This document shows, one piece after another, positions 56,771 to 64,000 of a stretch of DNA of 64,000 nt. The notes under the pieces were generated by a model. It worked only from the letters and a program-made list of their open reading frames with translations, was not told the origin of the DNA and did not search any database. Source of the DNA: Minisyncoccota bacterium (GTDB taxonomy: Bacteria > Patescibacteriota > Microgenomatia > UBA1400 > UBA12028); the NCBI GenBank assembly GCA_016211945.1, contig JACRHV010000004.1:2649-66648 (forward strand). Direction: 5' to 3'. A program made the translations under genes and the position numbers. The number at the start of each line of letters is the position of its first letter. Position 1 is the stretch's first letter.

Positions 56771-57874
56771 TTAGAGATATTCTTTTTTCTTCTCTTCTTT
56801 GAGTTTCTCAACAATCTTCTTTACGTCCTGCGATTTACTCTTCGGCATCACAAGTAAAATTTCTTTTGTATCAATAACAATCATATTCTCTACATCGACA
56901 AGTGCAACAAGTCTCCCGTTCGCACTGACAAGATTATCGTGTGACTGATACTCAACAATCTCTCCTCCATCCTCTTCGCGTAAAATAACATTTCCTTGCT
57001 GATCTTTTTGCGCAAGATCGTACACCACTTTCCAGTCGCCTACGTCATTCCAACCAAAATCTCCGGGAATTAAAAGAAGGTTATCAGCCTTCTCGCTGAT
57101 TGCATAATCGATCGAGATACTTTCTGTTCTCTCATACGCATCGTGAAGCGCCTTCTCCCATTCCGGTTTTCCGATATGTTTTTTGAGTTCAATAAGTAAG
57201 AGGGCTGTATTTGGTGCGTACTTCTCAAATGCTCTCTCAATTGCTCGACATGACCATACGTAGTTATTTGCATTCCAAAAATATTTTCCTGTCGTTAGAA
57301 AGGCCGTTGCTGTCGTTGTGTTAGGTTTTTCTGTGAAGTTTTCAACCGTAAAAACTGGTAGTTTATTTGTTTGACACAACTCTTTTCCTATCTTGATATA
57401 TCCAAGTCCCGTATGTGGAAAAGTAGGTGAAATTCCGACTGTAACTAACTCATTTCCATCAGATGCCGTTTGAGCCGCTGTTTCCATGACATGCATAAAC
57501 TCACCGGGATTCTGCACCACGTGATCTGAGGCGAAGTTCATCACAACGGCTTCTGGATCGCGAGCCTGAATAACCAAGGCGCCCACTGCCATTGCCATTG
57601 CAGTTTCGCGCTTCATTGGTTCGCACAGGATGTGATTATCTGAAATTTCTGGGAGATTTTTTTTGACATCAGCGAGCTGCGACACGTTTGTGATGATGTA
57701 CATGTGATCCCAATCCACAAGTTTTCGCACACGCTCTGCTGTAGTACGCAATAACGTTTTCTCACCGCCTAATTTTAAGAACTGCTTCGGCGTTTTCTCA
57801 CGGGACTTTGGCCACAACCGCGTCCCTCCACCACCCGCCAAGATAAGCGCAAAGGTGTGTGATGGTGTGTTCAT
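56771..57874 (-). CDS. manC: Mannose-1-phosphate guanylyltransferase
   Basis: FALILAGGGGTRLWPKSREKTPKQF signature. Start at 57874 gives an ATGA overlap with the upstream GT1 gene. Confidence 0.85.
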   Translation of the reverse strand: MNTPSHTFALILAGGGGTRLWPKSREKTPKQFLKLGGEKTLLRTTAERVRKLVDWDHMYIITNVSQLADVKKNLPEISDNHILCEPMKRETAMAMAVGALVIQARDPEAVVMNFASDHVVQNPGEFMHVMETAAQTASDGNELVTVGISPTFPHTGLGYIKIGKELCQTNKLPVFTVENFTEKPNTTTATAFLTTGKYFWNANNYVWSCRAIERAFEKYAPNTALLLIELKKHIGKPEWEKALHDAYERTESISIDYAISEKADNLLLIPGDFGWNDVGDWKVVYDLAQKDQQGNVILREEDGGEIVEYQSHDNLVSANGRLVALVDVENMIVIDTKEILLVMPKSKSQDVKKIVEKLKEEKKKEYL

Positions 57875-58977
57875 AAATATCTCCTCCAACGTTCTATTGT
57901 CGGTTCCTGGGTAAAACGCAACGCGTGATGCCGAAGCAACCGACTATCCCATGGTATTGATTCTATCATCTGCATTGCCCGAACAAGAGTTTCTGTCTTC
58001 TGCTCTGAGACAATGATCCCCGTAACACCATGATCTACAACTTCCGCGTTCCCACTTTTTTCGTACACAATAGATGGTTTGCCACAAGCCATCGCCTCTA
58101 AAACGGTCAAGCCAAAATCTTCCTCCCCCGGAAATATCAATCCGGTGCACTGCTGATAGTACCCAACAAGCTGCTGATCTGTCAAATGACCAGCAAAGTA
58201 AATTGACGGACTGTTCCTTGCAAATTTTCTCAACTTTCTTTCATCCGATCCTGTCCCAACGACGATCAAGTTTCTTCCGCTATCTTTACACGCTCGAATC
58301 GCGAGGTCTATGCGTTTATACGGAACGAGACGAGAAACACAGAGATAATAGGAAGGATATGGCGCGCGGATCTGTGTTGGCTGTAGTGAAAAAAGATCCG
58401 CGCGAATAGGCGGATAAATCACGGGTTCTGCCAATCGAAGATAATATCGCTCACACCGCGTACGGACAACATCAGAAATTGGGATGATAATATCCGGCCG
58501 TTGCGACGCAACTCGGTCCCAATTCCGAAGATATGAAATGCACATGTCATACAACGGTAAAAGAACTCTTTTCCATCCGTGAGAAAAGGAAGATCGATAT
58601 TCATCGGCGTGACTCCAGAGATATCGAGTGGGTGTGAGCAGATAACAAATGTGTCGTGTGCCAGGTTTTGTCACAATGCCCTTTGCCGCTTCACTGGTCA
58701 CGGAAATAACAAGATCATAGTGTGAAAAATCAAACGACTCAAAAGCCAACGGCATAAGAGGGCCGAGCCATTCGTGATGAGAACGAAACAGGGGAATGCG
58801 TTGCAACCAAGATGGGACAACTTTCCACGTTTGTGCCCACGAAGCTCCACGCGCATCGTACACCGATGTATACAATGGAGCGTTCGGGAAAAGTGAGTGG
58901 AGGAAAAGAAGAACGCGCTCGGCTCCGCCAAACGTGTTCACTCGGTCGTACACCAATGCAACCCGAAGTTTTCGCAT
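57871..58977 (-). CDS. Glycosyltransferase family 1 (GT4-like)
   Basis: MRKLRVALVYDRVNTFGGAERV N-terminus and EX7E-like C-terminal region (EEDFGLTVLEAMACGKP). Confidence 0.75.
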   Translation of the reverse strand: MRKLRVALVYDRVNTFGGAERVLLFLHSLFPNAPLYTSVYDARGASWAQTWKVVPSWLQRIPLFRSHHEWLGPLMPLAFESFDFSHYDLVISVTSEAAKGIVTKPGTRHICYLLTPTRYLWSHADEYRSSFSHGWKRVLLPLYDMCISYLRNWDRVASQRPDIIIPISDVVRTRCERYYLRLAEPVIYPPIRADLFSLQPTQIRAPYPSYYLCVSRLVPYKRIDLAIRACKDSGRNLIVVGTGSDERKLRKFARNSPSIYFAGHLTDQQLVGYYQQCTGLIFPGEEDFGLTVLEAMACGKPSIVYEKSGNAEVVDHGVTGIIVSEQKTETLVRAMQMIESIPWDSRLLRHHALRFTQEPTIERWRRYL

Positions 58978-58979
58978 AT

Positions 58980-60074
58980 CTATACCACCGATCCAACACG
59001 TTCATAGATTGCCACCGTTGATTTTGCCATTTCCTGCCATGAGTATTGTTCGAGTTGTTTTCTTGCTTCACTTCTTAAGGCGGAGCGGAAAGACTCATCT
59101 TTTTGGATTGCCAGTATTCCACGTACACAGGTCATAACGTCATGTGGATCAATATAGTACGCCGCTTTCCCATACACTTCTCTGAATACTGGGATGTCCG
59201 ATGCAAATACCACACCACCAGAGGCCATCGCTTCCAGTCCGGGTAGACCAAATCCTTCTGAAAAAGAGGGGAAAATGAGTCCTAAAGAAGCTCTGTAGAG
59301 GGCCGCAACATCCTCATCGGACAAGTATCCTTCCATGTGAACACGACTTTCAAGTTTTCTTGCTTTCACTTCTCTCCAAAATGCGGAGTGGAAGACTGAG
59401 CGGCTAGAAATCACGACAAAATGGAGCTCGGGAAGGTGCAGGAGTACATCAAGAACATACTCCACGTTTTTATGCGGATATAAACTTCCTGTGTACACAA
59501 GATACGGATATGTGCGCGTCTCTGTCTTACCTTGTGTGCTGTACGCCTGTGATATTCCCTCGTATGTCACTGAAATGCGTTCTTGCGTGGTATACCGCTG
59601 TACTGCGTGTTTGACGTGCTCTGTTGGAACAATAACGTGTTTTGCGCGCTGAATAGCCTTTTCTGCAATATAACGATACGCATGGTATTTTAGCGCATGC
59701 ATGATTGGAGAGAGGGTTGTTGCATGTCGATCCCGACGTTCATGCCACAAAAGATCATGAATGGTCACAACATATGGTCTGTTATACAAAACTGGAACAT
59801 TAAAATGTGGAATGTGAATCAAATCACACTGTTCCCTCTTCAGAAACATAGGCATCTGCAGCTGTTCCCGCACGGTGTAATGCGTGATAGGAGCCCATCG
59901 AATTGATTGTGGATATTCTTTTTCTAGCCACGGAAGCTGGTCTCTGTTGCGCAGAAAAATGATCCATTCGTGTTTTGTTTTCAAACCAAAAAGATTCCGC
60001 AACAACTCTTCTGTGTACCGCCCGATACCAGCGTGCGCCGATCCGGCTAGACGAGCATCAATGCCTATCCTCAT
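58980..60074 (-). CDS. Glycosyltransferase family 1 (GT4-like)
   Basis: MRIGIDARLAGSAHAGIGRYTEEL and C-terminal FPSFSEGFGLPGLEAMASG. Confidence 0.75.
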   Translation of the reverse strand: MRIGIDARLAGSAHAGIGRYTEELLRNLFGLKTKHEWIIFLRNRDQLPWLEKEYPQSIRWAPITHYTVREQLQMPMFLKREQCDLIHIPHFNVPVLYNRPYVVTIHDLLWHERRDRHATTLSPIMHALKYHAYRYIAEKAIQRAKHVIVPTEHVKHAVQRYTTQERISVTYEGISQAYSTQGKTETRTYPYLVYTGSLYPHKNVEYVLDVLLHLPELHFVVISSRSVFHSAFWREVKARKLESRVHMEGYLSDEDVAALYRASLGLIFPSFSEGFGLPGLEAMASGGVVFASDIPVFREVYGKAAYYIDPHDVMTCVRGILAIQKDESFRSALRSEARKQLEQYSWQEMAKSTVAIYERVGSVV

Positions 60075-60078
60075 GTAT

Positions 60079-60417
60079 TTATCTTACTGTCGACTGCAAT
60101 GCTTCTTCAAGTTTTTTCACCTTGAAACATCGCATGATGTTGCCGACTCCCGCATATAGCGTGAAGAGAAGGGCAACAAGATAGGAACCCGCGGGAATCC
60201 AACTCAATACGTTTGCGTCAAGCTGAATCTTTGGGTTTCCGTAAAACGCGCGAAAAAGTATTTCCGGAAGAAACACCGCAGTAAGTACGCAGATAAACGA
60301 AACCATCAACGCATCTAACGCGTAGACCATTTTGTCTTTCCTCACTTGATCCACCTGAAACTGGAGATCCATTTTTGACGGAACAACCGTTTTTTGTGTT
60401 ATTTTTTTCACTGGCAT
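60079..60417 (-). CDS. Small two-TM membrane protein of unknown function (112 aa)
   Basis: Two hydrophobic helices; embedded between glycosyltransferase genes. Confidence 0.4.
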   Translation of the reverse strand: MPVKKITQKTVVPSKMDLQFQVDQVRKDKMVYALDALMVSFICVLTAVFLPEILFRAFYGNPKIQLDANVLSWIPAGSYLVALLFTLYAGVGNIMRCFKVKKLEEALQSTVR

Positions 60418-60418
60418 A

Positions 60419-61306
60419 CTATGCTCCTTTCATATATTTTATGCTTCGAATACCAAAATACACGATATGCTTCAACCACGTTGGATAGGTTGAAAGATAG
60501 TGTTTTTCATAGAACTGAATCATTGTATCAAAAAAATGCGCATGCGCACGCTTTTTCACACGTATATCCTCATGTGAAGTAATTTCTTTTCGTATTCCTG
60601 AGACGTTTTTGTGATGAACGACAGTACATGATGGGTCATACATGATCTCCCAACCCGCCTTTTTAAATCGAAGGCACCAGTCCAAATCCTCCCCATACAT
60701 AAAAAATCGCTCATCGAATAGTCCGACCTCATCTATTGCGGTGGATCGTACAAGCATCGCAGCACCCGTACATGCATCTATATCATGTTTCGTGTACATC
60801 GATTTCCAGGTCTGATGGTACCCACCGCATATCCGATTCAGTAGGGGGATCGTTCCAAATACTTTTTCAAGTCCTCCAAAATACATCAGTGCATTCCACG
60901 GAGACGGAAATCCTCTGTGACACGCCATATCGATCTGTCCAGACGGAAAAACAACCCTTGGAGAAATCATCCCAACACGTTCGTTGTGTTCAAAAGTCTG
61001 AAGTAAAGAGTGAAGAGACTCTGTGGTTGGTATTTCAGTGTCCGAGTTGAGTAAGAGGATATAAGAACCAAGTGCTTTCTTCAGGCCGATATTATTTCCC
61101 GCAGAAAACCCACGATTTTCTCTATTCCTGATAAGTTTTACCCACGTAAAATCGCGTTCAACCATATCCTGCGAACCATCACTTGAATGATTGTCCACCA
61201 CGATAATCTCCCACTGCTTTTGTAAACCAGGAGTAAGTGAGAGCAAGAGACGTCGCAAGACATCTCTTGTGTTGAAATTTAAGATGACAATGCTGAGTGT
61301 GATCAT
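60419..61306 (-). CDS. Glycosyltransferase family 2
   Basis: ITLSIVILNFNTRDVLRRLLLSL...EIIVVDNHSSDGS and LLNSDTE DXD region. Confidence 0.8.
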   Translation of the reverse strand: MITLSIVILNFNTRDVLRRLLLSLTPGLQKQWEIIVVDNHSSDGSQDMVERDFTWVKLIRNRENRGFSAGNNIGLKKALGSYILLLNSDTEIPTTESLHSLLQTFEHNERVGMISPRVVFPSGQIDMACHRGFPSPWNALMYFGGLEKVFGTIPLLNRICGGYHQTWKSMYTKHDIDACTGAAMLVRSTAIDEVGLFDERFFMYGEDLDWCLRFKKAGWEIMYDPSCTVVHHKNVSGIRKEITSHEDIRVKKRAHAHFFDTMIQFYEKHYLSTYPTWLKHIVYFGIRSIKYMKGA

Positions 61307-62505
61307 TCGTTTACTGTTCCCAATTCCGAGTAAATTGCGTCAAGCTTTGCTGATATATTACTCCAATTGTATTCCTTGAATACGAGATTCATGCCGTTTT
61401 TTGCGAGTTTCTCCTGCACCTTGGGATGTTGTAATACATGCACCGTGCTTTCCGCAAGTTCTTCTTCCGAATTACCGATGAGTGCGTGCTCTCCTTTTTC
61501 AATATGCAAACCTTCTACAGCAAGTCTGGAAGCAACAACCGGTGTCCCAGTCGCAAAAGCCTCGAGTACTTTGTACCGTGTTCCCTTGCCGCTAAAAATG
61601 GGAGCAACGAGGACATGCGCTTGAGCGTATGCATCGCGTATGTCCTGTACCTTGCCGCTTACGGTAATGTGCTTATCCTGCTCTGCATAGGCATAGATGT
61701 CTGTTGTTGGAGAACTTCCAACAATGTGAAGCTTTGCCTCAGGAATCTGCTTGCGGATTAATGGCCATACTTTCTGAACAAGAAAATGCACACCTTCAAC
61801 ATTCGGCAGCCATTTAAATGTTCCGACAAAAAGAACGGTGGGTTCTTTTGGAAGATTTTTTCTTGTTTTTTGAAAATATTCAACATCAACACCATTTTCT
61901 ACAACGTCGATGCGTTGAATACCTTGTGCGGTTCTTTGTAGATATGTTTTATCTTCCTGACTCATGACAACAAGACGAGAGCAACTCCTCCAAAAAAACT
62001 CCTCCCACCATCGAATCTTAAAAATATCAATGTAGAGCAATGGTTTTACCAGCCACATTCTTGATGATTGTGCATAGCTTAAATACCCCAAATATTCTAT
62101 TGTTTGCTCCACTAAAAGAACAGGAATGGTCGTTTTTGGTATGTTCGGCATCATGTAAAACGTCTCTGCGTGAATAAGGTCGTACTGTGCAGACTGTAGC
62201 TCTTGCTTGACCGCATCGCGGACTTGGCTCACTAGATTACGAATGACGAGAAAGGGGAAGGTTGAAAATCCTGTGGTAATGATGTTCTGCAACGTGAAAG
62301 GTTTTTCGCTCCGCTTAAACACGAGAACCTTGGTACAATATTTTTCTAGTTCTTTCATGTGAGCGCGTTCGGACTCATCCTTAATTAAAGCAAAAAGGGT
62401 AATGTCGTGTTTCTTACTCAAATTTTTGAGAAGATTATATGTACGAATCTGACCACCGGAAAGAAGTGGATAAGGCAAGTATGGTGTGAGCATGAGAACG
62501 CGCAT
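61303..62505 (-). CDS. Glycosyltransferase family 1 (GT4-like)
   Basis: MRVLMLTPYLPYPLLSGGQIRTYNLLKNLSKKHDITL N-domain and GT1 C-domain. Confidence 0.75.
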   Translation of the reverse strand: MRVLMLTPYLPYPLLSGGQIRTYNLLKNLSKKHDITLFALIKDESERAHMKELEKYCTKVLVFKRSEKPFTLQNIITTGFSTFPFLVIRNLVSQVRDAVKQELQSAQYDLIHAETFYMMPNIPKTTIPVLLVEQTIEYLGYLSYAQSSRMWLVKPLLYIDIFKIRWWEEFFWRSCSRLVVMSQEDKTYLQRTAQGIQRIDVVENGVDVEYFQKTRKNLPKEPTVLFVGTFKWLPNVEGVHFLVQKVWPLIRKQIPEAKLHIVGSSPTTDIYAYAEQDKHITVSGKVQDIRDAYAQAHVLVAPIFSGKGTRYKVLEAFATGTPVVASRLAVEGLHIEKGEHALIGNSEEELAESTVHVLQHPKVQEKLAKNGMNLVFKEYNWSNISAKLDAIYSELGTVNE

Positions 62506-62512
62506 AGAATCC

Positions 62513-63952
62513 CTACTTTGTTCTCGTTAAATCAACGAGGACGTACATCGGAGTTTTTTCAATAACGGGATATTTCTTCATCAACGCATTTGCTTCGTCG
62601 TCATAGTTCACGCTGACATAGTATTGCGCACCTTTTTTTATCTTGTCATCAATCTCAAATCCAATCGGCCATCCACGTCTATTTGTTTGATAGAGAAACG
62701 CAGTATCCCCCATGTACGGAGCAATAATACGAGCATCTTTCGGCACCAGAGCATCCACAGCCTTTCCCGCTTGCACTATTTCGGGATGGTTAATATTGTA
62801 GTATCCCCTAAGTTGATACCATGAAGTAAAAAGCGACCAGATGAACAACCCAAAACCTCCTATGTAAAGAAGTGGTTTATTGATGAATCTCGGCGATAAC
62901 TCAAAAAGAAACGCGAATCCACGGCCAACAACAGCACAGAGAAATGGCATAACGACAACTTGATAGTAATCATGTTGAACATTTCCACCTGCTAAAATCG
63001 ACATATATGCCAAAATGCAGACTGCCCACACGGTATAAAATAACCAATCCTTTCCTCTTTTCATAAGACCTAAAACAGCCGGAATAACAAGACCAATCCC
63101 AAGCATCAATGTTGCGATTCTTACTTCAAAGAGCCAATGAAAAAAGGCTCCGGTAAACCGAATATTATCTTTATTAAATAACCAGTCAGACGCAGGAATA
63201 CCCTCCGGAAAACTCAAAATCCACCATCGCCATAGTGCGAATGGAATAAAGGGTATCAAGAAAAAAAGATATGCTTGCCACTGCATGAGAGCTTTCCATC
63301 TATATTCGCGAAAAAATACATAGGCAAAAAGCGGTAAGAAGAAGATTGCGAATGGTTTCAAAAGAAATGCTTCTGTCAGCGATAAGATTGACATACCGTA
63401 GAGAAACACATTTTCTTTGTTTCGTGTCGCATAGACTAAAAACGCAAGAGAGACGAGGAGACTTGTGACAAACGCAGGTTCGGGTAGTATTGTTCGCGAA
63501 TAATACACGGCATACGGCATGACAGCATATGTCAGTAATGCTATTCCAGCTGCACGTTTTCCTGTCAATTCCCGAACTAGAGCGTATAACGCGAAGAGGC
63601 CTACAATCGAATACGAAATGCTTACGAGCCTGCCTACAACGATTTCATACTGCTGTAATCGAAATAGTGTAATGAGCAATGCCGTAATTGCGTTTAATAT
63701 TGGAAACTCCACCATACGGTATCCTGACGGATTGTCCTTGCCGGACTGTATATTGGAAAGATCATGGTACTGTGGACGAAGAAGATCAATTCCATGTTTT
63801 ATATATTCACGGGTGACCGATGCGGTGTCGGCTTGTCTGAATGAATGCCAATCTGCCAAAGGACTGGTGATCTTGTATAAACGAAGCCCCACCGCGATCC
63901 CCAACACAACGAAGAGAAATAACCATTCCTTACTCTGCCTCAAGATTTTCAT
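62513..63952 (-). CDS. GT-C-fold polytopic membrane glycosyltransferase (PMT/ArnT-like)
   Basis: ~12 TM helices; N-terminal loop motif DWHSFRQADTASVTREY resembles the first periplasmic loop of GT39/GT83-type enzymes. Confidence 0.55.
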   Translation of the reverse strand: MKILRQSKEWLFLFVVLGIAVGLRLYKITSPLADWHSFRQADTASVTREYIKHGIDLLRPQYHDLSNIQSGKDNPSGYRMVEFPILNAITALLITLFRLQQYEIVVGRLVSISYSIVGLFALYALVRELTGKRAAGIALLTYAVMPYAVYYSRTILPEPAFVTSLLVSLAFLVYATRNKENVFLYGMSILSLTEAFLLKPFAIFFLPLFAYVFFREYRWKALMQWQAYLFFLIPFIPFALWRWWILSFPEGIPASDWLFNKDNIRFTGAFFHWLFEVRIATLMLGIGLVIPAVLGLMKRGKDWLFYTVWAVCILAYMSILAGGNVQHDYYQVVVMPFLCAVVGRGFAFLFELSPRFINKPLLYIGGFGLFIWSLFTSWYQLRGYYNINHPEIVQAGKAVDALVPKDARIIAPYMGDTAFLYQTNRRGWPIGFEIDDKIKKGAQYYVSVNYDDEANALMKKYPVIEKTPMYVLVDLTRTK

Positions 63953-64000
63953 GCACGGACCTTTTTCTTAAATGTTCGCCGTTCAACCACATTTTTTTCA

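Noticed and set aside
1-64000. Search for CRISPR arrays, IS elements, integrases, rRNA or prophage genes
   Set aside because: No regularly spaced identical repeats, transposase/integrase-like ORFs or rRNA-like sequence seen. The region appears to be core chromosome plus glycan islands.

Overview
This 64 kb window is a dense, mostly minus-strand core region of a bacterial chromosome with about 45% GC. Its gene content (many glycosyltransferases, a compact gene set and a short MurE) is compatible with a small-genome, possibly Patescibacteria/CPR-like organism, but that is inference only. Main blocks, in order: (1) 1-6.6 kb holds a partial amino-acid-permease-like gene, a LemA-HtpX pair, and three tRNAs (Asp-GTC, Gly-CCC, Thr-CGT) interspersed with small genes (LysM protein, RidA, SAM methyltransferase). 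(2) 6.6-18.4 kb is a surface-glycan biosynthesis island with GT1 and GT2 glycosyltransferases, a Wzx-like flippase, a Wzy/ligase-like protein, a GT2-membrane fusion and a methyltransferase. (3) 18.4-20.3 kb encodes a secreted LamG-like plus C39-like peptidase protein whose 3' end overlaps an antisense tRNA-Val(CAC). (4) 20.3-27.6 kb holds signal peptidase I and a minus-strand operon ileS-rodA-rplU-(THUMP-like methyltransferase)-rpmA-parB preceded by a T-box leader. (5) 27.9-46.7 kb is a complete division/cell-wall (dcw) cluster on the minus strand: mraZ-rsmH-ftsL-ftsI-[antisense lepB::CAP fusion]-murE-like-yvcK-glmU-like-pgeF-murC-murB-murA-mraY-ftsW-murG-ftsQ-ftsA-ftsZ. (6) 46.8-52.0 kb contains hypothetical genes, including the most unusual module: an OmpR-type winged-helix protein with a degenerate P-loop domain, translationally coupled to a Pol-beta-superfamily (AbiEii-like) nucleotidyltransferase. 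Four helically phased TGACT direct repeats lie on its promoter. (7) 52.0-54.1 kb holds glyQS with a minimal T-box leader and promoter, then a short recO. (8) 54.1-64 kb is a second glycan island (DUF4012-like protein, PglC-like sugar phosphotransferase, manC, several glycosyltransferases, a GT-C membrane protein). I found no CRISPR array, transposase, integrase or rRNA. Every call rests on reading motifs in the supplied translations and sequence by eye; no database search was possible.
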